Part shown: positions 1 to 9,245 of the stretch, piece by piece
Position numbering within the stretch: position 1 is the stretch's first letter
Layout: every line of letters begins with the position of its first letter
Translations under genes and position numbers: made by a program
DNA from: Vulcanimicrobiota bacterium
GTDB taxonomy: Bacteria > Vulcanimicrobiota > Vulcanimicrobiia > Vulcanimicrobiales > Vulcanimicrobiaceae
Assembly: GCA_963786105.1 (NCBI GenBank)
Contig: CAWAXX010000023.1
Location: 96,001 to 160,000, forward strand
Direction of reading: 5' to 3'
DNA: 64,000 nt
The notes under the pieces: generated by a model
Told to the model about the DNA's origin: nothing
The model's database searches: none
Seen by the model: the letters and a program-made list of their open reading frames with translations, nothing else

Positions 1-575
1 TCGCTGCGGCCAACGCGCTCCTCGACAAGAACGGTTGGGCTAAAGGGCCCGACGGCACGCGCGCTAAGAACGGCGTCAGCCTGGCGCTCGACCTCGCGAC
101 GACGGCGGGAACGGCCGACGTCGACGAGCAGATCGAGCTGATTCGGGATTGGTACAAGGAGATCGGCGTTACGCTGAACGTCCGCCGGTATCAAGCGCCG
201 CAGATGTTCGCGCCCCAGCAGAGCGGCGGAATCATCTACGGCGGTAAATGGGACCTCGTGTTCTTCGCGTGGCTGAACGACGCGATCGGCGACTATTCCC
301 CTCTTTACAGTTGCAACGGCTTCCCGCCGAAGGGCCAGAACGATCTGCGCTGGTGCAATCGCCGCGCGCAGGCGGCCATGGACGCTCTCTATACACACTT
401 CGATCAAGCGCAGCGGAACCAGGACGTCCTCATCGTCCAGCAAGAGTTCGTGAAAGACGTGCCCTCGGTCGTAAACTCGCTGCGTGAGGATTTGATCGCT
501 TACAATAAAGACCTCAAAAACTTCCACCCCAACAACATCACCCCGTTCGACAACTTCATGAACGTCGACATCTGA
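1..575 (+). CDS. ABC transporter substrate-binding protein, peptide/nickel family 5 (5'-truncated by window)
   Basis: Frame open from the window edge: ANALLDKNGWAKGPDGTRAKNG...WYKEIGV...NDLRWCN, typical of an SBP_bac_5 C-terminus; TGA at 573-575. Confidence 0.85.
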   Translation, partial: AAANALLDKNGWAKGPDGTRAKNGVSLALDLATTAGTADVDEQIELIRDWYKEIGVTLNVRRYQAPQMFAPQQSGGIIYGGKWDLVFFAWLNDAIGDYSPLYSCNGFPPKGQNDLRWCNRRAQAAMDALYTHFDQAQRNQDVLIVQQEFVKDVPSVVNSLREDLIAYNKDLKNFHPNNITPFDNFMNVDI

Positions 576-582
576 CCGCCGC

Positions 583-843
583 GTCATCCTGAGCACAGGC
601 GCACTCGTACTCGCTTCGCTCCCTCGGCGCAGGCTCCGCGCCGCAGTCGAAGGACACCGCCGCAACGACGTACCAGCTTCGGGACGTTGGCGTTTTCGCG
701 TCCGTGCGAAAACGCTACTCGCTGGCTCGTCGCTCTCGGCATCCGTGCCTTCGCTCCTCGTCCAGACGCCCTCAGCTAGCACGTCGTTTACGGCGCTGTG
801 TCCTTCGACTGCGCTCGCTGCGCGAGCTCCGCTCAAGATGACA
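583..843. repeat. Intergenic palindromic REP/MITE-like element, family A, copy 1
   Basis: Ends GTCATCCTGAGC / GCTCAAGATGAC; inner IR GCAGTCGAAGGA / TCCTTCGACTGC; core GTGCGAAAACGCTACTC...CGTCCAGACGCCCTCAG shared with the copies at 11235 and 29347. Confidence 0.9.
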
Positions 844-2212
844 TACGCTCGTGGAGATAGACCGATAGGCTGAGAAGGACGCAGCCGGTCAGCGAGAGCA
901 CGCGCAGGAACGCCCAAAGCGGGTCGATACCCAGGAGACCGGTGCGCGCCTGTTCGTCGCGCCACACGCCGGCGACCGACTCGGTTGGCAGGGCGTGAAA
1001 GTTTCCCATCGCGTCGGGCCAAATCGGTGCCGGGTGCCCCGACGCAAGCCACGCCGAAAGGGCAAACACTGCGGCAACGGCACCGGCCACCGTTGCCGTC
1101 GCGCGCCAATCCGCGTCTTCGCCGAGCGCGGTAAATGCGCAAAGGGCTGCCACTGCCAGCAAGGCGCTTTGAAAAGTTCCGGTGGGCCGCTGCGCGAGCC
1201 CGAGCCAGTCGATGGCCACTAGCAACGTGCCGCCCAGCGCGAATGCGCGAATGCTCCCACGTGTCCGCAGCGCGCACCACGCGGCGGCGACATACGCCAC
1301 CAATACATCGTGCTCGTGAAAAAAGCTCGAAGCGAAAGGCGCGAGCGGCGCGATCGCCGCGAATCGGGCAAAGGGGTCGGGAACGTGCCGCCACATGGCA
1401 ACGATCGCGGCCACGGCAACGATCCCGGTGGCGATCGCGACGAACGCCGTTGCTCCAACGGGCATGCCTGCGCCGTGTGCGATGGCGCCGGGAGTGAATT
1501 GAATCGCGCTTAGGCGCTCGGCGTTTTCGTGTGGAAGCAGGCGCGATAGGTACGAGGCGGGCCAGCGCCAGCCCAAAAATGCTGCGCTCGCGGCATACGT
1601 CCCCGCGGCGCCAAGCGCCAGCGCCAGGGTCGCTCTATTGCGACCCAGTTGAGAGAAGAGCCCGAAAGCAACGTTCGGTTGAAACAGCGCCACGAATGCG
1701 GCCGCGGCGCGCAACGGCAAGCCTAGCGGAAGGGCGACGGTGACGGCCGCAAGGTAGGCGATCAAGGCGATTTGCCCGAGCGCGACGTCGCTGGTGATTG
1801 GTCCGAACGCCATCGCTAGGGCGAGGGCCGCAAAAAACGCGGCCAGCGAGAAGCGCGGGTTGCCGGCGCGAACGGCGATAGCTGCGAGCGCGAGTACCGC
1901 GACCGCTAAAAGTGCGATCCATAGCCGCGCGGCGAGGACGTAGGGTAAGCGCGCTAACAGACTCCATGCGAGCAGCGTCGCGGGCGGCCCGACGAACGGA
2001 AGTAACTCATCGCGTGACGAGTCGACGCCCGGAACGGCGCGCTCTGCTTCCCAAACGTCGCGACCGTATGGATCGCCGCGCGCGTTCCACGCCGATCCCG
2101 CACTCCAGTACGCTTCGAAATCGCGCAAGAAGGGTCCGGGGGTCTGCGCCGGACGAAACGTAAGCACCGCCGCGGCGATGAAGACGAAGGCGAGCGGCGT
2201 CAACCACCGCAT
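833..2212 (-). CDS. GT-C fold membrane glycosyltransferase (GT87/DUF2029-like)
   Basis: Starts MRWLTPLAFV (ATG overlaps upstream TGA); RDFEAYWSAG...PFVGPP...LGQ motifs; many TM helices. Confidence 0.75.
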   Translation of the reverse strand: MRWLTPLAFVFIAAAVLTFRPAQTPGPFLRDFEAYWSAGSAWNARGDPYGRDVWEAERAVPGVDSSRDELLPFVGPPATLLAWSLLARLPYVLAARLWIALLAVAVLALAAIAVRAGNPRFSLAAFFAALALAMAFGPITSDVALGQIALIAYLAAVTVALPLGLPLRAAAAFVALFQPNVAFGLFSQLGRNRATLALALGAAGTYAASAAFLGWRWPASYLSRLLPHENAERLSAIQFTPGAIAHGAGMPVGATAFVAIATGIVAVAAIVAMWRHVPDPFARFAAIAPLAPFASSFFHEHDVLVAYVAAAWCALRTRGSIRAFALGGTLLVAIDWLGLAQRPTGTFQSALLAVAALCAFTALGEDADWRATATVAGAVAAVFALSAWLASGHPAPIWPDAMGNFHALPTESVAGVWRDEQARTGLLGIDPLWAFLRVLSLTGCVLLSLSVYLHERMSS

Positions 2213-3033
2213 CACCAAACGGGTGCGCCCAACGAACCAGGCGCGAGCGCAGCATGGGCCCGGGCGAGTATCAGAAACAGACCCAGGAGGGTCGCCAGAT
2301 ACCATCCGCTGACCCGCAGCCGCGCCGAAAAGGACATCGCTGCCGCGCGAGGATCGACGCGACCTCTCCAGGCCGCGAGCATTGCCGGCAATCCCAATAA
2401 CCCGATGATCGCGACGAACAGAATCGGAATGTGGAAATAGACGGCGAACCCGATGAACGAAAGAAACCCGGCGATCCATAACGGCGGCCAAAGCGCGCCG
2501 ATGATCCGGCCGCCGTCGAACGGCGGCATCGGAATCATGTTGAAGAGATTGAGAAAGGCCGAAAGGTCGGCGCATGCGTACCAAAAACGGTCGTGCGCGG
2601 CCATCCCGATAGCGACGCAGACGGCAGCGAGGCCCATTCCCGTCAGCGGTCCGGCTAGCGCGATGTTTGCGTCGTGTTCCAAATTCTCGGGGGGCGCGCC
2701 GGCGGTGAACGCACCGAGCAACGGGATGAACGATGGCAGGCGCACCGGTAAGCCGTAGGCTCGAAATGCGAAATAGTGGCCGAGTTCGTGTGCGAGCAGT
2801 AGCAGCATTACGACGACGGCGAGTCGCCAGCCGAACAGCGCGACGTAAATCCACAGGGAGAGCAAGAACGTCCAACTCGGCGCCAGCAGCTTCAAACCTA
2901 CGAAGAGCGCCAACTTGAATTTGAGGAGAAACGCGAGAACGGCGGCGCCGGCGGTGCCGATTGCGCCGGTGCGGGAACGGCGAGCGGGTTTTTGCGGCGT
3001 TTCGTCGCCGGACGGCGGCGGGAGGTAATCCAC
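2212..3033 (-). CDS. Site-2 protease family (M50) membrane metalloprotease
   Basis: HELGH, IALAGP and NMIPMPPFDGG motifs. Confidence 0.9.
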   Translation of the reverse strand: MDYLPPPSGDETPQKPARRSRTGAIGTAGAAVLAFLLKFKLALFVGLKLLAPSWTFLLSLWIYVALFGWRLAVVVMLLLLAHELGHYFAFRAYGLPVRLPSFIPLLGAFTAGAPPENLEHDANIALAGPLTGMGLAAVCVAIGMAAHDRFWYACADLSAFLNLFNMIPMPPFDGGRIIGALWPPLWIAGFLSFIGFAVYFHIPILFVAIIGLLGLPAMLAAWRGRVDPRAAAMSFSARLRVSGWYLATLLGLFLILARAHAALAPGSLGAPVW

Positions 3034-3062
3034 CGCGTTCTCTTCAACCGCGTACGAAGCGA

Positions 3063-4355
3063 ATGCCTGTTATAGCGATCGTCGGCGGCGGATTCGCCGG
3101 CACCGCCGTTGCGCGAAGGCTGGAGCGGCGCTTACACGCGGACGAAGCCGATATCGTGTTGCTCTCCCGCGACAACTACACCTTGTTTACGCCAATGCTG
3201 CCGGAGGTCACGTCGGGGGAACTCGAGGTGCGCCACGTTGTCACGCCGATTCGCACGCAGTTGCGTCGCACGAACTTCATTCTGTCGGAAGTCGAAGCCA
3301 TCGACGTCGAGCGGCAAACCGTCACCTATCGGCACGTCTTGACCGGTCTAACGCGGACCATTGCGTACGATCACCTGGTGCTGGCTCTCGGCTCGTCCAC
3401 TTCGACCTTCGGGCTTCCCGGCGTCGCCGAAAACGCATGGACGCTCAAAACGCTCGAGGATGCCGACGCGCTGCGCAATCACTTGATCTGGCTGCTCGAA
3501 CTTGGCGATACGGTTGACGATCCGGTGCGCCGCCGTCAACTGCTCACCCTGGTGGTCGTCGGAGGCGGGTTCACCGGCGTCGAAACCGCCGGCGAGATCT
3601 TCGAGCTCTTCCGCAGCGTGCTTCATTTCTATCGGCGGTTGCGTATCGACGATCTGAAAATGATCTTAGTCGAGGGCGGACCGACCCTACTGCCGGGCCT
3701 TCCGCCGAAGATGGGCGAGTACTCGCGCCGGATTCTGGAACGACGCGGCGTCGAAGTCCTGACCGGCGACGGCGTAACCGGTGCCGACGCGGGCGGCCTC
3801 ACCTTACAGAGCGGTCGCCGTATCGATTGCGCGACCATGATCTGGAGTGCAGGAGTGGCGCCCTCACCGACGATCGCGCAGACCGGCTTGCCGAAGACCA
3901 AGCGCGGCGCAGTTATGACCGGCCCCGACATGCGCGTGCCGCAGGTCCCGAGCGTCTGGGCGTTGGGCGACTGCGCCTCGATACCCGATCCTGACGGGGG
4001 CACGTATCCGATGACAGCGCAGCACGCCGTCCGCGAAGGGCCGCATCTCGCGGACAACCTCGTCCGCGTGCTGCGCGGCCGGCCGACGCAGCCGTTTCGC
4101 TATCGCACTCTGGGCATGATGGCCGCGCTCGGCGGCCGCCGCGCGGTAGCCGAGCTGCCCGGCGATCGCGTGATCACCGGTTTCCTGGCCTGGTTTTTAT
4201 GGCGCTCGTACTACTTGGCACGCCTGCCGGGACTCGACCGGCAGCTGCGAGTCGCCTTCGACTGGACGCTGGATCTGGTGTTCCCGCGCGACATCGCCGA
4301 ACTGCGCGTGAACGCGGCGCGGGCCGTCAACCATGACCCGGAGGCAGCGCCGTAG
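3063..4355 (+). CDS. ndh: NAD(P)/FAD-dependent oxidoreductase, type II NADH dehydrogenase-like
   Basis: IVGGGFAG, FTPMLPEV, VVGGGFTGVE, WALGDCA and AWFLWRSYYL motifs. Confidence 0.85.
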   Translation: MPVIAIVGGGFAGTAVARRLERRLHADEADIVLLSRDNYTLFTPMLPEVTSGELEVRHVVTPIRTQLRRTNFILSEVEAIDVERQTVTYRHVLTGLTRTIAYDHLVLALGSSTSTFGLPGVAENAWTLKTLEDADALRNHLIWLLELGDTVDDPVRRRQLLTLVVVGGGFTGVETAGEIFELFRSVLHFYRRLRIDDLKMILVEGGPTLLPGLPPKMGEYSRRILERRGVEVLTGDGVTGADAGGLTLQSGRRIDCATMIWSAGVAPSPTIAQTGLPKTKRGAVMTGPDMRVPQVPSVWALGDCASIPDPDGGTYPMTAQHAVREGPHLADNLVRVLRGRPTQPFRYRTLGMMAALGGRRAVAELPGDRVITGFLAWFLWRSYYLARLPGLDRQLRVAFDWTLDLVFPRDIAELRVNAARAVNHDPEAAP

Positions 4356-4368
4356 AAGCGGTGCCTTC

Positions 4369-5775
4369 ATGGAATTGCGCGAACCGATCGAGCGCCTGAT
4401 CCGCGATCCGCGGGAGTTTACGCGCGACGTCGCGTTTCCCGATCCTTCACAGATCCGCATCTACGACGAGACGCTGCGTGACGGGGAGCAGATGCCGGGC
4501 GTCTGTTACACACCTTCGCAGAAGCTCGAGATCGCGCGGACGCTGGCGTCGATCGGCGTGCACGTGATGAGCGTCGGCTTCCCGGCGGCCTCCGAAGGCG
4601 ACCGGCGGACGCTTGCGCTGGTCATGGGCGCCAAACGGCGCGGGGAACTCGGTGACGTCGAGATCGTCGTGATGTGCCGAAGCAATCGCAACGACATCGA
4701 CGTAACGATCGACACCTTGCGTGAAGCCGGTATCGGCCCGAACGAGGTGACGTTTTTCATCTTTACGAGCGGTAGCGATCTCCACCTAAAGTACAAGATC
4801 GGTAAGACATTGATTCGATTCGAGGGGCGCGACGAGCGCGACTGGCTCGACCTCCCGCTCGATTTCTTCCGCGACGCGAACATCCGTCTGCAGTGCGACG
4901 CGATTCGCCACGCCCGCGACCGCGGTGTCGAGCGCGTCGAGTTCGGCGCGGAAGACGGCAGCCGCGGCGACGTCGACTACTTCATCCGCTATTTCAAAGC
5001 CGGCATCGAGGCCGGTGGAACGCGTCCCGCATGGCCCGACACCGTCGGCACCTTGACGCCGGAGGCGACGCGCTGGTACTGCACGCGCATCGTGCAAGGA
5101 TTGCCCGAAGGTCTGCCGATCGTCGCGCATTTACACAACGACTACGGTTTAGGGACGATCAACGCGATTACGGCGACCGCCTGCGGGTTCAAAGTCGTGT
5201 CGGTCACCGCCAACGGGTATGGCGAGCGTGCAGGCAACGTAAAGTTGCACGAGTACGTCGTGGCGATGCGCGTGCTCTACGGGGTCGAGATTCCCGGCTT
5301 CAAGTATCACAAGCTGCGCGAGCTCGCGCGCTTCATGGAGCGAATGAGCGGCATACCGATGCAGCAGCACGAACCGATCGTCGGTTCTAAGGTCTTCGCG
5401 CACGAGTCGGGTATCCACACGCACGCGATCCTGATCGATCACCGCATGTACGAAGCCGTGCCGGCCGATCTGGTCGGCGCCGAGACGAGCTTCGTATTTG
5501 GAAAACACTCAGGCGTCGCGCTCGTCGAGGAAACCCTACGCAATCAGCGCGCGCGGCTGGAGGACGCCGGCATCGAGCTGACGACCGAACTGGCGCATCG
5601 CGTGACCGACGAGATCAAGCGTCTGCGCGAGGAGCGGGCCGCGTCTAGTAAGAGCGAAAAGGCGATCGAACTCTACGATCAGGCCATGCGGAGCCTCTCG
5701 CTCGACGCTGAAGACGTCGTCGTCATCGCGCTCGCGCTTGGAGCGCCGCAGCCGGCCGCCGCTATTTCGCAGTAA
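4369..5775 (+). CDS. DRE-TIM metallolyase (isopropylmalate/homocitrate/citramalate synthase family)
   Basis: DETLRDGEQ, HLHND, NGYGERAGN, HESGIH and FGKHSG motifs; no obvious LeuA regulatory domain. Confidence 0.85.
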   Translation: MELREPIERLIRDPREFTRDVAFPDPSQIRIYDETLRDGEQMPGVCYTPSQKLEIARTLASIGVHVMSVGFPAASEGDRRTLALVMGAKRRGELGDVEIVVMCRSNRNDIDVTIDTLREAGIGPNEVTFFIFTSGSDLHLKYKIGKTLIRFEGRDERDWLDLPLDFFRDANIRLQCDAIRHARDRGVERVEFGAEDGSRGDVDYFIRYFKAGIEAGGTRPAWPDTVGTLTPEATRWYCTRIVQGLPEGLPIVAHLHNDYGLGTINAITATACGFKVVSVTANGYGERAGNVKLHEYVVAMRVLYGVEIPGFKYHKLRELARFMERMSGIPMQQHEPIVGSKVFAHESGIHTHAILIDHRMYEAVPADLVGAETSFVFGKHSGVALVEETLRNQRARLEDAGIELTTELAHRVTDEIKRLREERAASSKSEKAIELYDQAMRSLSLDAEDVVVIALALGAPQPAAAISQ

Positions 5776-6508
5776 TCGGAAAGTCGAAAGCACTCTTCGG
5801 AAACGGCTCCGACGCAAGCACGAAGCCCCACCATTGCGCTCCGGCGGGTTTGAAGCCGTATTTTTCCATGAGATCGGCCAGCATCGTCCGGTGCGTATCG
5901 GCGACGGTCCCAACGTGCGCGTCCGTTCGCGACAGCGGATCCATGCAATCGTAGGTCGTCCCCATATCGATCGAGCCTTCGTGGTATCGTGCCATGAAAG
6001 GCGCGATGCACGAATGCTCGCCGGGCGCCCAAGGCGCGGGCGACACTTCCGGCAAGCGATCCACGGTGAGGTCGACGCTGCTCCCGCGTGCGTGCGGCGA
6101 CTTTTCCGATAGGTAGCCGAGGGCGAAGAGGCGCGCTTTGTCGACGCGCGGGTAGTACTCGCCTTTCATTTGCTGGTCTTTCGGATCCCGACTCCACGCG
6201 AGGAGCGCTTTGGCGGCGCGCTGCGGCTGGTAGCAGTCGTACACGCGCAGCGATAACCCCGCTTCCATCAGCTCCGCCTGAGCTTTTGCCAGCGCGATGG
6301 CGGCCGGCTTGGTGAGGATGCACGCGGGGGCGAGATACCCAGGAAGCTTCCGTCCGACCAGATTGTGCGGCTCGGCATAGCGGATGTCTTGCACGATTGC
6401 GGGCGCGACGTCGGAAAGATAGACGAATCCGGCCGGTAACGCCGGAGCCGATGCGGGAGATGCCGAGCAACACGCGACGACCATCAGCAGCGCGACGAGC
6501 GTTTTCAC
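5762..6508 (-). CDS. Secreted VanX/DdpX (M15D) D-Ala-D-Ala dipeptidase homologue with degenerate active site
   Basis: Signal peptide; DIRYA..NLVG, YDCYQP, SPHARGSSVDLT, DMGT and QWWGF motifs. Confidence 0.85.
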   Translation of the reverse strand: MKTLVALLMVVACCSASPASAPALPAGFVYLSDVAPAIVQDIRYAEPHNLVGRKLPGYLAPACILTKPAAIALAKAQAELMEAGLSLRVYDCYQPQRAAKALLAWSRDPKDQQMKGEYYPRVDKARLFALGYLSEKSPHARGSSVDLTVDRLPEVSPAPWAPGEHSCIAPFMARYHEGSIDMGTTYDCMDPLSRTDAHVGTVADTHRTMLADLMEKYGFKPAGAQWWGFVLASEPFPKSAFDFPITAK

Positions 6509-7329
6509 GCCTGACCTCCCAGGCGCCAGGTCGCGACGAACGCCTTGAAGACCGTGGGGAAGCTCCCGTGAACGAACCGAACGCTGCGCGCACCGGTGCG
6601 ATCGAAGCCGGGAATGGTTTCTACGAGGTCGGCTTGTTCGATTCGTACGACGTCGACGTCGAGTACGATCGGCGGCTCGAATCGATAGGGCTGCGCCAGC
6701 GCAGCCGCCGCGACGGCAACGCGAGACTCTTCGCGGATTGCACGCTGCGCCGCCGCGGGCGTCATTGAAGTCGCTGCAAAGTTTCCAATGGATTCCTTGA
6801 CGACGACGCCGCGTACCCACGGCATCAGCGCGCGAACGCCGTCAACGGTCGTGCGGTCGCCGGTCACGAGCAACAGCGGAACGCCAAAATAGCCTATGAG
6901 CGCGGCGTTGAAGATCGCTTCGCTGCAGCGGACGCCGTTCACGCGCACCTCGTAGACGACCGACGGCGTATAGGTGTGGCACAGCACGGCGTCGGCTTCT
7001 CCTGCACCACCATGATATCCGACGAAAAATGCGCCGTCGAAGGTTGAGTCCGCGTCTTGGACCATCGAGAACGGCTTGCGGTTGCCGAAGATGACGCGGA
7101 CGTCGGCGGGCAGCTCGTCGAAGAGCAGGTTGCGCATCGGCCCGTGCGAGTCGTTGACGAGGACGTCGCCGGCGCCACCGGCGCGCGCGCCGTCGATAGC
7201 GGCGGCGATCTCCCGCGTATAGTAGCGGCGATAGATGGAATACTCGGGATGGGGCGTACGGGCATCCACCTGCTCCCACGCGCAAACGCCTGCGATACCC
7301 TCCATGTCGCCGGACACGTAGAGTTTCAT
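6505..7329 (-). CDS. M55 family D-aminopeptidase (DppA-like)
   Basis: MKLYVSGDMEG, VNDSH, FFVGYH, HT and LVTGD motifs. Confidence 0.9.
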   Translation of the reverse strand: MKLYVSGDMEGIAGVCAWEQVDARTPHPEYSIYRRYYTREIAAAIDGARAGGAGDVLVNDSHGPMRNLLFDELPADVRVIFGNRKPFSMVQDADSTFDGAFFVGYHGGAGEADAVLCHTYTPSVVYEVRVNGVRCSEAIFNAALIGYFGVPLLLVTGDRTTVDGVRALMPWVRGVVVKESIGNFAATSMTPAAAQRAIREESRVAVAAAALAQPYRFEPPIVLDVDVVRIEQADLVETIPGFDRTGARSVRFVHGSFPTVFKAFVATWRLGGQA

Positions 7330-7336
7330 CGACCGT

Positions 7337-8170
7337 TCACGTCGCGTTGGCGGCGGCGCCGAGCCGGGTTGCGGCGATAAAGGCACGCAGCAAGCTCGGA
7401 TACGCAGGCGAGGTAAAGCGTACCGCTCGCGCGCCGGCACGTTCGAATCCCGGCATCAACTCGATGAAGTCGGCATTCTCGACGTTGACGGTTTCGATGA
7501 CCATTTCGAAGGGCGCATCGAACAGAAACGGCCGGGCCTTTCCGACGCGCTGGATAGCCTCACGCGCCGCCGAATGGATCGCCTCTTGTGCAGCGCTCGG
7601 CGTCAAGGTATTCACGGCAGAAAAGCCGATGGCGTCTTTGACGGCCACGCCGATGCACCAGGGCATCGCGCGAGTCGTTTCCTCGACCGTCGCCCGATCG
7701 CCGGTGATCAACACGAGCGGCACGCCGTAGCTGCCGGCGAGCCCGGCGATCAAGAGGGCTTCGCTGCACGCCGTACCGTTAATGGTTACGGCATAGAGCG
7801 TTTCGGGGCTAAACGTGTGCGAGAGCGTGGCGGCGTCGCCCGCTTTTGCGTGGTATCCAGTGAAGAATGCGGCGCCGTAGCTCTCATCGAGACCTTGTCC
7901 CATGGACCACGGCTTGCGCGTTCCGCTGACTATGCGAAGGCCGTCGTCCTGCGGCAACTCGTCCCAGACGAGATTGCGCATATCCCAATGGGAGTCGTTG
8001 ACGAGCACGTCGCGGATGCCGGCTTCGCGCGCACCCTCGATGGCGGCGCGCACCTCTCGAGTCATGTAACGCCGGTACGTCGGGTACTCGTGCGGGTCGC
8101 TCGGGTCGCATTGCTGCCAGGAGCAAACGCCGGCCGTGCCTTCCATGTCGCACGAAAGATACAGCTTCAC
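7337..8170 (-). CDS. M55 family D-aminopeptidase (DppA-like), second paralogue
   Basis: VKLYLSCDMEG (GTG start), VNDSH, FFTGYH, SHT and LITGD motifs. Confidence 0.9.
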   Translation of the reverse strand: MKLYLSCDMEGTAGVCSWQQCDPSDPHEYPTYRRYMTREVRAAIEGAREAGIRDVLVNDSHWDMRNLVWDELPQDDGLRIVSGTRKPWSMGQGLDESYGAAFFTGYHAKAGDAATLSHTFSPETLYAVTINGTACSEALLIAGLAGSYGVPLVLITGDRATVEETTRAMPWCIGVAVKDAIGFSAVNTLTPSAAQEAIHSAAREAIQRVGKARPFLFDAPFEMVIETVNVENADFIELMPGFERAGARAVRFTSPAYPSLLRAFIAATRLGAAANAT

Positions 8171-8178
8171 CGTGGCGG

Positions 8179-8625
8179 TTACGGACTCGTCGTTTGACGA
8201 AGAGCGTCGCGCGCCTCGGAAAGCCCCGCGGCAGCGGCGACGTTGTGGGGATTGACGCTCAGCGCCCGGCGATAGAAAGGAATTGCGTCGGAAAACCGGT
8301 TGGCCGCCAGATACATGTCGCCGAGTTGGGTAAGGGCGACGTCGTCGTTTGGGTGGGCTGCGATCCGCTCGCGCAAACTTCGTAGTTGCTCGACGACCGC
8401 GGCCGGCGGTCCGCCCTCGACGCTCGCCTGCGATCCCTGTTGCCGCTCCTGCATGCGCGCGGCCGTTGCGCCGCCGGGCTTGGCGGCTTTGCCGAAGACC
8501 GAGCCGGTGACGCCGAAGCCTTCGCCGAGCAAGTACGTCATCGTTCCCAAAAAAAGAATGGCGATAACGAGGAAGATCGGCACCGCGATGCGCGGGGGCA
8601 GGCCGCGCGTGGGTTGTGAGAGCAC
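8179..8625 (-). CDS. Membrane-anchored TPR protein
   Basis: N-terminal TM helix followed by the TPR pattern PNDDVALTQLGDMY...AIPFYRRALSVNP; start uncertain. Confidence 0.7.
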   Translation of the reverse strand: MLSQPTRGLPPRIAVPIFLVIAILFLGTMTYLLGEGFGVTGSVFGKAAKPGGATAARMQERQQGSQASVEGGPPAAVVEQLRSLRERIAAHPNDDVALTQLGDMYLAANRFSDAIPFYRRALSVNPHNVAAAAGLSEARDALRQTTSP

Positions 8626-8686
8626 GAAAGAGTCGGTTGGACGTGCGACGAAGACGCCCCTTGCCTCGGCACCTCCGAGATCGCTT

Positions 8687-9241
8687 ATGACGACCCTTCC
8701 AACCGAACCCGACCTGCAACTCATCTTCGCGCGTCTGAACTACGAGTTTTTCAACGGCGAAGTTCCCGATTGCCGCATCCGGTACAACGAGCGGTTCTCG
8801 AATTCGGCCGGCCGCATCAACTATTCCGAGCGTCCGATGACCATCGAGTTGTCCCCCAAGCACTTTCGCGCGTATCCTGCCGCCCTCGACGAAACGCTCC
8901 TCCACGAGATGATTCACGCCTGGTGTTTCGCGCACTTTCGCGAGATGGGTCACGGCGCGCGATTCAAGAAAAAACTCCGGGAATGCGGCCTCGACTCGAT
9001 CTATCACGAACTCGGCAACGTACGCCCGCTCCGCGAATCGAGCCGGCGCTACATCCTGCGCTGCGAGCAGTGCGCCTTCGAAGTCCTTCGTAAGCGAAAA
9101 CCCGTGAAGCCGGCGAGCTGTCCGCGTTGCAACAAGCGGCGCTTCGACCCCCGCTATCCGCTGTCCATTTACGAAATCGTCGAGACGCGGGTCGTAGGCG
9201 ATACGGTTGCGGGGCTGCGCGCCGCCGCCCGCGGCCGCTAG
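8687..9241 (+). CDS. SprT-like zinc metalloprotease with C-terminal Zn ribbon
   Basis: LNYEFF...TLLHEMIHAW...GHG..F; CEQC and CPRC pairs. Confidence 0.85.
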   Translation: MTTLPTEPDLQLIFARLNYEFFNGEVPDCRIRYNERFSNSAGRINYSERPMTIELSPKHFRAYPAALDETLLHEMIHAWCFAHFREMGHGARFKKKLRECGLDSIYHELGNVRPLRESSRRYILRCEQCAFEVLRKRKPVKPASCPRCNKRRFDPRYPLSIYEIVETRVVGDTVAGLRAAARGR

Positions 9242-9245
9242 GGCG

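Noticed and set aside
2213..2875. N-terminal extension of ORF 833..2875
   Set aside because: Overlaps the M50 protease in another frame; the real start is the coupled ATG at 2212
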